Below, piece by piece: positions 44,668-53,855 of a DNA stretch of 64,000 bases. How positions within the stretch are numbered: position 1 is the stretch's first letter; each line of letters begins with the position of its first letter. A program made the position numbers and the translations under genes. Source of the DNA: a virus; the IMG/VR virus record IMGVR_UViG_3300044952_000182, positions 1,578 through 65,577 of that record; one strand, written 5' to 3'. The notes beneath the pieces are model-generated. The model made no database searches and was not told where the DNA came from. It was given only the letters and a program-made list of their open reading frames with translations.

Positions 44668-45195
44668 ATATTGGGAAATAGAAATGGTACATTAAAACAT
44701 AAGACTATTCCATCTATGTGTAATATCTCCAATGGTAAATCTTATATATCCATTGTATGATGTAAATATCTTACCCAAATCCTTGTGTTCTCCTTGTACA
44801 TATCCATTATCTAATAGGTATGCAATCTTTTGTTCTGTTGTCATATAAATATGATTTAATTAATTAATAATGTGTCTCATAGTCAATAATATCATCCCAA
44901 TCAAGACCAGAAGTCTCAATCATCTTATCAGTAGGATAACTATCAAACACCCTAGTGCTAATAGATCCATCTTTCATAAAGAATATCGTATTGTACATAT
45001 AAATGCTATTTAATGCTATATATATTGTATTGTATAGCGTGAATTAATAATGTGTCAATAAGTGGTAATAAGTGGGAATGGAGTACACACCACCTCTCAC
45101 ATTCATGCAGAATGTGTTGAGTTTCAGTGAGTTATATAATTATTCCCACCCAGATGTGTTGCTAACACCCACCCTTATATACGAATAAGGGAAAA

Positions 45196-45232
45196 CAAGA
45201 GCTTGGATGATGTTCCAAGCCCTTGTTAAGTG
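45196..45232 (-). terminator. rho-independent terminator (minus strand)
   Basis: Minus-strand hairpin GCTTGGAACATCATCCAAGC followed by TCTTGTTTT, immediately after the stop of gene 45238..45663. Confidence 0.45.
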
Positions 45233-45237
45233 TGAGA

Positions 45238-45663
45238 TTAAGCCCCTGCCAACTCTTCAAGCTCTGCTTCGCTTGTGATGCCCACAGCAGTGTACTCTTT
45301 CTTGATAGCCTGTGCAACTTCTGCATCTAATGTAGCGTCTATCACGTGAGCGTCAATGTACTCTTTCTTGGTCTTGAACACTGCAGTTGCAGTATCACGA
45401 GTCATTGTGAACTTTCCATCTGCATAAGGAATGTAGATTGGATTGTTGTCTGCATCAACCATTGGTTGCTTGGTTGTAGGGTCAAGCTTTGGTCTTGCAC
45501 CATAAGTCTTCTTTGCAACAATAGCAAAGAATTGCTTAAATTCTTCATCTTTCTTAATGCCCAATGCATCCATCTGACGCTTGTAGATGTGGATTCTTTC
45601 GCCTTTAGTGTTGTAACCATTGAAGTTACCATTTGGTGAGAAGTTGCCTGAATTGATTACCAT
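45238..45663 (-). CDS. hypothetical protein (isolated gene in the control region)
   Basis: 141-aa ORF with protein-like composition and its own terminator. Confidence 0.55.
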   Translation of the reverse strand: MVINSGNFSPNGNFNGYNTKGERIHIYKRQMDALGIKKDEEFKQFFAIVAKKTYGARPKLDPTTKQPMVDADNNPIYIPYADGKFTMTRDTATAVFKTKKEYIDAHVIDATLDAEVAQAIKKEYTAVGITSEAELEELAGA

Positions 45664-45723
45664 AACGAATTTTACAGTTTTGTAGTGGTGTCTCCACTAT
45701 AGGTTTGTTAATTGTGAGCCATA

Positions 45724-45749
45724 GGGGGGATATGTCAACCCCCTTTTTT
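45724..45749 (+). terminator. rho-independent terminator-like hairpin (plus strand)
   Basis: GGGGGG-atatgtcaa-CCCCC-TTTTTT. Confidence 0.4.
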
Positions 45750-45945
45750 GTACACGGAGGTGCAATCTGGGTTACCCTCCTCCCCCATGGATACAATAAG
45801 AATGGGGGCTATGTAAAATTTTGGGGGGCTAGAGGGGGATGGGCTGATAAGACTGGGGGCATATAGAAAATTGTGTACATAGTCAAAGCACAGGATAGTT
45901 CCACAAGGAACGTTTGCATGAATTTTTCCAAAAGTTTCATGCATA

Positions 45946-46021
45946 TTGTGTCACAGTTTTTCAAATATTTGTGACATATTTATATAGGTATTTGTTACAG
46001 ATTTATATATATAGGTAACAA
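45946..46021. promoter_or_regulatory. two operator-like inverted repeats
   Basis: TGTCACA-14 nt-TGTGACA (45949-45976) and TTGTTAC-16 nt-GTAACAA (45992-46021), both with AT-rich spacers. Confidence 0.35.
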
Positions 46022-46405
46022 TGACTTCCTGGTTTGGCTGTGTTTCACTTCTTGATTTGGCAAGTTATAGCTTGATTATATTCTGCCAAAAGTCAATCTA
46101 TAGCTTTACATAATGTGTCTTATAAGGGACACGCTCAGCTTAACAATGTTGCTTTTATGACACATTATGATATGTCTTTACATATAATGATGGAATTAGT
46201 TTACATATTATATGTTATAGCATATTGTTGCTCCCAACAAAATGGACCAATATTATAATATCCTGTTGTATCAAAACTAGAAAATCCTGCAAGTTTTGAT
46301 AATAGGAAAAAATAAATTTGGCTGGTAAATTTATTTAGCAGTATCTTTGGGGGGGATTTAGGGGGGGCCCTGCTAATACCTCCTCATTAATAAAAGCTTA
46401 GATAT

Positions 46406-46651
46406 ATGGTAGTAGTAAATGTGTTGTTGGTTATAGTGACGTTACTTAGTATGGCAGTGATTGTATGGGGGTTAGTCTGCTTTGAGGAGTATGAGATAGG
46501 TATAGAGTTTCTCCCTAAAGACTACAATAGTTTTGAACTAGGGGTGTCTAATAGAAACTACAAGCTAGATGATGGAGGATTAGAACAAGAGCTTAGGATA
46601 GGACTGTTGTTATTCAGTGTTATTTTCCTGTTTAGGAGATTTGATGCATAA
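46406..46651 (+). CDS. small membrane protein
   Basis: N-terminal TM segment; first plus-strand gene after the control region; preceded by G7-ATTTA-G7 at 46349-46370. Confidence 0.4.
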   Translation: MVVVNVLLVIVTLLSMAVIVWGLVCFEEYEIGIEFLPKDYNSFELGVSNRNYKLDDGGLEQELRIGLLLFSVIFLFRRFDA

Positions 46652-46670
46652 TATAGCATTAAGTTTTATA

Positions 46671-46717
46671 ATAACTAAAATTGTTATTTGTAGATAGGTA
46701 AGATATACATACCTTTG
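46671..46717 (+). promoter_or_regulatory. Bacteroidota sigma-A promoter (TTTG, 19 nt spacer, TACCTTTG) embedded in the conserved ATAACTAAAATTGTTATTTG motif
   Basis: TTTG 46687-46690; TAnnTTTG 46710-46717; ATG 46730. Confidence 0.45.
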
Positions 46718-46729
46718 TATCAACTAATT

Positions 46730-47089
46730 ATGGAAACCAAACCTAAATCTCCCATTGTACAACGACTGAAAAAATCAGTGGAGGACAGTTACGTCCTGGC
46801 TGAGAAGTATTATAGAATCTTGTCATCTGTCAACGACCTTAAGTTGACAAACAGGGAGATACAGCTTATTGCGTTTGCTGCTATGAAGGGTAATATATCC
46901 TATGCTAACATACGTAAGGAGTTTTGTGAGAAATACGACAGTACGTCTCCTGCAATCAATAACATTATTAGTAAGCTGAAGAAGATGGGTGTGTTTGTAA
47001 AGGATGGGACAAAGGTGAAGGTCAATCCTCTTATTCTGCTCAACTTCGACAAGGATATTGTATTACAAATAAGTCTAATACATGGATAA
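46730..47089 (+). CDS. hypothetical protein
   Basis: Track ORF 46715 (TTG start) trimmed to ATG 46730 (METKPKSP). Confidence 0.45.
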   Translation: METKPKSPIVQRLKKSVEDSYVLAEKYYRILSSVNDLKLTNREIQLIAFAAMKGNISYANIRKEFCEKYDSTSPAINNIISKLKKMGVFVKDGTKVKVNPLILLNFDKDIVLQISLIHG

Positions 47090-47483
47090 GCCTATAAGCA
47101 TGTCTGTCAAAGACTTCCTAGTTAGGACCCTTGCAGTTAAGATGATGATGAGTGAAAAGATGATTGAGGCTGTGGTGAACCATCAGTTTCAGTCTGCCAA
47201 TGAGGCAATGGATCTTAACAATAGTCTAGAGATATCTGGCTTTGGTAAGTTCTATTTCAATGAGAAGAAAGCTGTAAAACGACTTGGACAGTTGAATGCT
47301 AAGAAGCAGGCAATACAAAAGATAATAATAGATGAAACTACATCTGAACAAAAGAAACGTTCATCTAAGGTGACACTAGAGAAAACAGAAGCTCTGATCA
47401 ATTTGCTAACAACAAAAACTATATATGAAGATCAACTTCTCTCAGATATACGAGGGGTGGAAGAACAACCTCTTTCCAGCTGA
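47082..47483 (+). CDS. HU/IHF-family DNA-binding protein
   Basis: MSVKDFLVRTLAVKMMMSEKMIEAVVNHQF...LEISGFGKFYFNEKKA matches the HU-family pattern (…aveavf..i.eal..g..v.l.GFGkFevrera). Confidence 0.6.
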   Translation: MDKPISMSVKDFLVRTLAVKMMMSEKMIEAVVNHQFQSANEAMDLNNSLEISGFGKFYFNEKKAVKRLGQLNAKKQAIQKIIIDETTSEQKKRSSKVTLEKTEALINLLTTKTIYEDQLLSDIRGVEEQPLSS

Positions 47484-47772
47484 TGAAATAAAAGAACAAA
47501 TTAGACAAGTGAGCCAGGAACGTATGGCCATTTGTGATCAATGCGAATGGTGTTCTGAGAACAAACCTAAGAAGCCTCGTAGATTTGATAAGCATTGCAC
47601 TCATTGTGGATGTGTCCTATCAGCCAAAACTAAGTGTTTATCTTGTAGCTGTCCTATAGACAAATGGGGACCAGAAATGGAATCTAAGGAAGATGAAGAT
47701 CAATTAATACAAACAATATATGGAAAACAGGGAAGTGAAAATAGAGAAGATTCCACTGGACAGGCTAATTGA
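47425..47772 (+). CDS. Cys-rich zinc-finger protein
   Basis: CDQCEWC … CTHCGC … CLSCSC clusters; the start is uncertain because the 5-prime end overlaps the HU-like gene. Confidence 0.4.
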   Translation: MKINFSQIYEGWKNNLFPADEIKEQIRQVSQERMAICDQCEWCSENKPKKPRRFDKHCTHCGCVLSAKTKCLSCSCPIDKWGPEMESKEDEDQLIQTIYGKQGSENREDSTGQAN

Positions 47773-47974
47773 TACGCTTGTTGACTTATATAATAAGGGT
47801 ATAGACTATGTTGATATAGTGGGAGTTCCTGGGGTTGAGTTTGATAGAATGGGAATAGCCTTTACAAAAGACTATATGACAGAACATGGAAAAGAAAACT
47901 TTGGAGAAATAGGTGTTGACTTAGAGATTACATCTTCAAAGCTAACAGATGATGATTTAAATGAATTAATATAA
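47720..47974 (+). CDS. hypothetical protein
   Basis: 84-aa ORF. Confidence 0.4.
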   Translation: MENREVKIEKIPLDRLIDTLVDLYNKGIDYVDIVGVPGVEFDRMGIAFTKDYMTEHGKENFGEIGVDLEITSSKLTDDDLNELI

Positions 47975-47979
47975 AACTA

Positions 47980-48264
47980 ATGAGTAAAAAGACTCACTAT
48001 ACAGAAGTCATTAATATACTACAAGAACTACATAGTGATTTTCCAACATATAACATTGGAAGACATCTAGCTACAGCTCTTGCAGATTATGGTGATATTT
48101 GGGGAATAACAGATAAAGAACTTGCTTTTGCTCTAAGTAAATATAAGAGCGAGATTGAGATGGATGTTCCACATACAGATGACTCTGAACTTGAAAAAAT
48201 AATTAAAGAGGGAATGGACCTTGATAATATCCTTAAGGAGGAGGAAGAAGATGGCAACTATTAA
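47980..48264 (+). CDS. hypothetical protein
   Basis: 94-aa acidic ORF. Confidence 0.4.
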   Translation: MSKKTHYTEVINILQELHSDFPTYNIGRHLATALADYGDIWGITDKELAFALSKYKSEIEMDVPHTDDSELEKIIKEGMDLDNILKEEEEDGNY

Positions 48265-48583
48265 AAAAACTACATATGTAAATACAGAGCTTGAATGGGC
48301 TGAGTCACAACTCGTTTCATGGAAAGCTTATGTAAATGCTAACCCACTGCATGAATTGAAAGATAGGATTGAGTGGAAACCTACAGCAAAAGGAGGACTA
48401 TTACCTATGGTGATAGCATCTATTGAAGCTCAAGGTAAATTTGTCCAAGAGACAATGAAAAACTATCTAGCATTGATAGAGGTGGTAGATAAGCTAAGAA
48501 ACATGGAAGAAGCTAAGGTGGAAGTGAGAGGTAAAGGTGAGTTGTCAGGAGCTGCTGCTGAGTTCTTAGCAAATAGAAAATAA
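48251..48583 (+). CDS. small terminase subunit candidate
   Basis: 110-aa ORF (trimmed to MATIKKTTYV) directly upstream of and overlapping (TAATG) the large terminase. Assigned by position only. Confidence 0.3.
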   Translation: MATIKKTTYVNTELEWAESQLVSWKAYVNANPLHELKDRIEWKPTAKGGLLPMVIASIEAQGKFVQETMKNYLALIEVVDKLRNMEEAKVEVRGKGELSGAAAEFLANRK

Positions 48584-50622
48584 TGGAACTACAAAGTATA
48601 GACTACAAAGACTGGTTTATAAATCAGAAGCGTATTCCTGATAAAGAATCTCAGGAGTGTAAGCCATTCTTTGACTTCCACAGAGAGCTATGCTTAAATG
48701 GAGCTATGATGGGAGGTACATATATTAACCCTTTCCTTTACTGGCACCTTAATATATGGCATACAGAAGTAGATATAATAGATAGTTATGGGAGGATTGC
48801 ACAGAAATATGCCAATCCCCTATTGAGAGATAATGAATGGCTTGTGACGAACGAAATTGACAGAGCTCAACAAGAAAAGAGGGGCTTAGTCATTCTAGGT
48901 ATTAGACGTTTTGCCAAGTCTGTTCTTGAAGCATCCTATATTGCATGGGGTGCGACCTTTGATGAAAACAGTCAGAATATCATAGCAGGCTTAAATGCCC
49001 CAGATATAAAACTGATTACTGATAAGATTGACAAAGGATTGAATTTCATTCCTGAGTATTGGAGGTGGCAGAGAATTGAGGATAACTGGAAGAACCAAGT
49101 GACTCTAGGTATAAAGACCAAGTCTGGTGAACGTATCCCATTCTCTTCCATTCTAATACGTAACCTTGATGAAGGTAATAATGAAGAGGCAATTGCAGGT
49201 ACAAAACCACGTAAATTAATTATAGATGAGATTGGTAAAGGGAATTTTCTTAGAGGCTTACAAGCTGCTATTCCAGGTTTCACTACACCCTATGGCTGGG
49301 GATGTAGTCCCATTCTTACTGGTACAGGTGGGGACATGAAGAAATTCATGGATGCCAAAAGTTTAATGTTTGACGTAGACAACTTTAATTTCCTTACATA
49401 TAATAATGCTAAAGATGACAAACGTATACATGGTTTGTTTATCTCCCATAAATATAGAATGGAGGCAAAGGAGGATTCTACACTAGGAGAATATTTAAAC
49501 GAGCCAACTAGTTCAGACTTACATAATGTTAAAATGCTTGTAAGTAATGAAGATAAGGCTACAGAAATTACTAACAAAAACCTAGAAAGACTTAAGAAAG
49601 CTGGTGATCGTATAGCCTATTTAAAAGAAAAGATGTACTATCCTCAAGAAGTAGATGATATCTTCTTGAACGAGGACACAAATATATTTGACATTGAGAG
49701 TGCTAAGAGACAGAAGACTAGACTGTTACAACAAGAAAGAACAGGAACTCCTGTTATATTGTTTAATGATGGAGAGAAGATAGCTCATGAGTTTACAGAT
49801 AAACTACCTATATCTAACTTCCCTCTAAAGAACTCAGACTTAAAAGAAGCACCTATTGTTATATATGAATTCCCTATAGATAATCCACCTTATGGATTGT
49901 ATGTAGCAGGAGTCGATCCATATAGACAAGGTAAGTCTGCATATTCAACTTCACTTGGATCTGTATACATATACAAGAGGATGCATGAAATTAGTGGTGA
50001 GAAGTATCAAGATATGTTTGTAGCTTCGTATTGTGCAAGACCTGATAAGAAAGAAACTTGGGAAGAACAAGCTAGACTTCTTATAAAGTATTATAACGCT
50101 AGAGCTCTTTGTGAGAATGATGATATATCCTTTATTGAATATATGAAAGCTAAAGGAGATGCTCACTTTTTAGAAAGACAACCTGACTGGTTGAAAGAGA
50201 TTGTACCAAATACCACTGTAAAAAGAGATTATGGTATTCATCGTTCAAGTCAGAAGATAATTGACTATCTTCACACTTGTTTAAAGAAGTATATGGAATC
50301 TCCAATCTTTGTAGAAAAGAATGATGCAGGAGAAGTGATTAGAGAAGTGTTAGGTGTGAGTAAGATATTTGATCCTGTATTGCTTGAAGAGATTATTCAA
50401 TATAATGATTCAGGTAACTTTGATAGAATCATAGCTGCAGAGTTAGCCATAGCACAAGCTTTAAAGATGGACCCAATAATGGGTAAGATAGGTGGAACAA
50501 GTGATGAACGAGTTGCTTCTATGTTTAAGAAGAAGAGAGGAAACATACTCTTCACTGACTCTAGAAATAACATGTTTGGACAATCAAAAAATAAATATAA
50601 ACGAAATAAATTGTTTTCATAA
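48583..50622 (+). CDS. terminase large subunit
   Basis: 679 aa immediately upstream of the portal. Deviant Walker A region LVILGIRRFAKSV, Walker B KLIIDEIG; acidic residues in the C-terminal half consistent with the RNase H-like nuclease domain. Confidence 0.7.
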   Translation: MELQSIDYKDWFINQKRIPDKESQECKPFFDFHRELCLNGAMMGGTYINPFLYWHLNIWHTEVDIIDSYGRIAQKYANPLLRDNEWLVTNEIDRAQQEKRGLVILGIRRFAKSVLEASYIAWGATFDENSQNIIAGLNAPDIKLITDKIDKGLNFIPEYWRWQRIEDNWKNQVTLGIKTKSGERIPFSSILIRNLDEGNNEEAIAGTKPRKLIIDEIGKGNFLRGLQAAIPGFTTPYGWGCSPILTGTGGDMKKFMDAKSLMFDVDNFNFLTYNNAKDDKRIHGLFISHKYRMEAKEDSTLGEYLNEPTSSDLHNVKMLVSNEDKATEITNKNLERLKKAGDRIAYLKEKMYYPQEVDDIFLNEDTNIFDIESAKRQKTRLLQQERTGTPVILFNDGEKIAHEFTDKLPISNFPLKNSDLKEAPIVIYEFPIDNPPYGLYVAGVDPYRQGKSAYSTSLGSVYIYKRMHEISGEKYQDMFVASYCARPDKKETWEEQARLLIKYYNARALCENDDISFIEYMKAKGDAHFLERQPDWLKEIVPNTTVKRDYGIHRSSQKIIDYLHTCLKKYMESPIFVEKNDAGEVIREVLGVSKIFDPVLLEEIIQYNDSGNFDRIIAAELAIAQALKMDPIMGKIGGTSDERVASMFKKKRGNILFTDSRNNMFGQSKNKYKRNKLFS

Positions 50623-53207
50623 TGGCAATTATAAGGTACACGAAAGACGCAACAATAAGATATGCTTATCTGAATATCTTTCCTGATCAGTTTAAAACTG
50701 AGAAGGAAAAGATGGATGAAAGCTGGATAAAGAATTCAATGGACTACTTTGCAAACAAAGCTTATGCTGAGTATGTCAAAGCTAGAGATACATTTGTAAA
50801 AAACTATGATCTTGTTAAAGGTATTTTAAGAAGAGAAGATTTCTTTGTAGAACCAGAAGTTAGAAGTTTTACAGATGTGCTTACATCAGATCTTGAACTT
50901 CCTGCTTATGTAAAACATTATTCTATAATGACCACTCCTATTAATGAGTTAGTAGGAGAGATATCAAAGCGACCTGATGCTTTCCTAGTAAAAGCATTTG
51001 ATGATGATAGTCAAGCTGAAGAGTTACAATTTAAGACTCAGATACTAAATGAATATGTAATTAATCAAGCAAAACAAAAGATAGAAGAACAAGCAATGGC
51101 TCAAGGTCAAGAAATTGATCCTGAAGAGTTAGATCAAATGACCATGGAACAAGTGAAAGATGAAATAGATAACTATACATCTGTAGCAGAGAAATGGGCA
51201 AATCATATTCTTTCAGCTCAAAAGATTGAATTTAATCTTAAAGAAAAAGGAGAAGATTCATTTAGAGACTTATTGATATCTGCTAGAGAGTTCTTTCATA
51301 TCTATGAGGACAACTCTAAGCTAGGATTTAATATAGAAGTAGCTAATCCAAAGAACACTTGGTTCTTAACTACTCCAGATAGAAAGTGGATATCTGATAC
51401 TACAGGACGTGCACAAGGAGCGTATGCTGCTGGCACTGTACAAGTGTTAGAATTATCTGAAATTATTGAAGCAGTTCCTGACTTAACTAAAGATGAGATT
51501 GATCACTTACGTAGTTCATTACAAGACTATGGATTGATTAATGTACGTGAATCTAACTTAGGTAATCCTAATGCTGTTCCAGGTAATGACTCTATTCAAT
51601 ACGATACATATGATCCATTAGTATTACAAACTAGAATGCTTATTGAATCAGAAATGAAAGAGAACAATGATGGTCTTAAGGACTTCTTAGGACTTACATC
51701 TAACGTATCTTCATTTGGTTATAAGTATGTTGTGGTAAGAGCTTATTGGATTTCTAAAAAGAAGATAGGTAAAGTAATATATACAGATGAGATGGGTAAT
51801 GAACAATCTATGTTAGTAGATGAGAATTATAAGTCTGGAACTATTCCTACACAAGAATCATTAGAGTGGGGATGGATTAACCAATGGTATCAAGGTATTA
51901 AGATTGGTCCAGATATCTACCATATCAAACCTTATAAGTTATTACCTTATTGTCCAATCATTGGTCAAACGTTTGAAGTTAAGAATACAGAGGCTAAGAG
52001 CTTAGTAGATATGATGAAACCTTTCCAAGTTATATACAATGTTTGTATGAACCAATTGTATAAGTTACTTGAGAAGGAAGTAGGTAAGGTGCAGTTAATG
52101 TCTATTAGACACATTCCTATTCCTAAGGATGGTGATGCTCAAGATGCATTAGATATCTGGGAAATGGAAGCACGTAATAGAGGAGTTGTGTTTGTTGATG
52201 ATAGTCCTGAGAACTTAAAGAGTCCATCTAGCTTCAACCAATATACAAGCTTAGATCTTACACGTACTACAGAGATCCAAGCAAGATATACTCTAGCACA
52301 ACAAATAAAGAATGAATGTTGGGAATTGATTGGTATGTCTAAGCAAAGACTTGGATCTGTGTCTGCTAGTGAATCAGCCACAGGTACCAATGCAGCTATT
52401 ACACAATCTTATTCTCAAACAGAACCTTTGTTTGTAGCTCATGAATATATCATGGGTCAGTTATACCAAGCTGTTATTGATGCAGCTTTATATGTAGAAG
52501 CTAAGAAGCCACAATCAACTATATCTTATATCACTAATGAAGGTGAATCTGCTTTTGTAACTGTAAATGGTACAGACTTAAGATTTAGAGATTTAAAAGT
52601 TTATTTAACTAACAGACCTGAAGATAGAAAAGCATTTGAGGAAATTAGAGGATTGTCTCAAGCAGTTCTTCAAAATGGTGGTAGCTTACATGATGTAATT
52701 GAATTGTATAGTACTAACTCCATGAGACAAATGAAGAAGGTATTTAAGACTCTTAAAGAAAGACAAGAGCAATTGCAAAATACTCAAATGCAACAAAAGC
52801 AACAAGAACTTGAACAACAACAACAAATAGGTCAAGCTCAATTAGCTCAGGCTCAACAACAAGCTGAAGAGAAAATAGCTAATGATAATTACAATGCTGA
52901 GTTAGATAGAATTAATAAGAAAGAGATTGCCCTTATTGCAGCTGAATCTAAAGCAGGACCTTTATCAGATATAGATGCATCTGGAGCTCCTGATGTTTTA
53001 GAAATTGAAAAATTATCAGCAGAAAAAGATAATGCATCTAGAGAATATCAAATGAAGACGCAAGATGCTATGACTAAAAATAGACTTGCTTCTGAGAAAT
53101 TACAATTAGAGAAAGAAAAATTACAAGTAGCTAGAGAAAACCAAGCAAATGATTTAGCTGTTGCTAAAGAAAATGCTAAAGGAAGATCTACTAAAAAACC
53201 TAAATAA
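50622..53207 (+). CDS. portal protein
   Basis: 861 aa between the terminase and the scaffold/capsid genes; Q-rich coiled C-terminal region; TAATG coupling to terL. Confidence 0.65.
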   Translation: MAIIRYTKDATIRYAYLNIFPDQFKTEKEKMDESWIKNSMDYFANKAYAEYVKARDTFVKNYDLVKGILRREDFFVEPEVRSFTDVLTSDLELPAYVKHYSIMTTPINELVGEISKRPDAFLVKAFDDDSQAEELQFKTQILNEYVINQAKQKIEEQAMAQGQEIDPEELDQMTMEQVKDEIDNYTSVAEKWANHILSAQKIEFNLKEKGEDSFRDLLISAREFFHIYEDNSKLGFNIEVANPKNTWFLTTPDRKWISDTTGRAQGAYAAGTVQVLELSEIIEAVPDLTKDEIDHLRSSLQDYGLINVRESNLGNPNAVPGNDSIQYDTYDPLVLQTRMLIESEMKENNDGLKDFLGLTSNVSSFGYKYVVVRAYWISKKKIGKVIYTDEMGNEQSMLVDENYKSGTIPTQESLEWGWINQWYQGIKIGPDIYHIKPYKLLPYCPIIGQTFEVKNTEAKSLVDMMKPFQVIYNVCMNQLYKLLEKEVGKVQLMSIRHIPIPKDGDAQDALDIWEMEARNRGVVFVDDSPENLKSPSSFNQYTSLDLTRTTEIQARYTLAQQIKNECWELIGMSKQRLGSVSASESATGTNAAITQSYSQTEPLFVAHEYIMGQLYQAVIDAALYVEAKKPQSTISYITNEGESAFVTVNGTDLRFRDLKVYLTNRPEDRKAFEEIRGLSQAVLQNGGSLHDVIELYSTNSMRQMKKVFKTLKERQEQLQNTQMQQKQQELEQQQQIGQAQLAQAQQQAEEKIANDNYNAELDRINKKEIALIAAESKAGPLSDIDASGAPDVLEIEKLSAEKDNASREYQMKTQDAMTKNRLASEKLQLEKEKLQVARENQANDLAVAKENAKGRSTKKPK

Positions 53208-53737
53208 TGTTTGATAAACTAATTGATGTATTGATTGAATGGTGGAATCATATTCTACCATTCATCATTATCAGAGACTATGAACAAGCTGTACTCCTTA
53301 GATTTGGAAAGTTTAATCGAGTGCTATTACCAGGTATACATTTTAAGATACCTTTCTTTGATGAGGCAATTGATCAGCATGTAGTAGTTACAACACTTAG
53401 TCTTGATGCTCAATCTTTATATACAAAGGATAAGCAAAACATTGTAGTCAAAGGACTTGTCAAATATAAGATAGCAGATGTTAAGATATTCCTATTAGAA
53501 GTCTATGATGCACAGGATGCCCTGTCAGATATGTCTCAAAGTATTATAAAAAATATTATTATGTCTATGACCTTAGAAGAATGTACAGATTCTGAACTTG
53601 ATAATATTTTGACAAAGAAAGTTAGGGTGGAAGCACGCAAGTGGGGAGTTGAAGTTCAACAAGTTACGCTTACGGATCTTGCTCCAATAAGAAGCTATAG
53701 GCTTATAAATGACAATTTTCTTAACAAATTAGATTAG
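53207..53737 (+). CDS. SPFH/band-7 (stomatin-prohibitin-like) domain protein, no TM anchor
   Basis: YEQAVLLRFGKFNRVLLPGIHFKIPFFDEAIDQHVV...TKDKQNIVVKGLVKYKIAD matches the SPFH core (e.gvv.rfGk....l.PGlhf.iPfid.v..vd.r...d.....tkD...v.vd.vv.yrv.d). Confidence 0.7.
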   Translation: MFDKLIDVLIEWWNHILPFIIIRDYEQAVLLRFGKFNRVLLPGIHFKIPFFDEAIDQHVVVTTLSLDAQSLYTKDKQNIVVKGLVKYKIADVKIFLLEVYDAQDALSDMSQSIIKNIIMSMTLEECTDSELDNILTKKVRVEARKWGVEVQQVTLTDLAPIRSYRLINDNFLNKLD

Positions 53738-53855
53738 AGTAAAAAATATTAATGCTATATTATATTGAATAATAGCCTATATAGAGCCTTGTCTCTTTGC
53801 TGTTAATTTAACTTGATATACTTTTACATTGAAAACCAAATAAATACAACTACAT

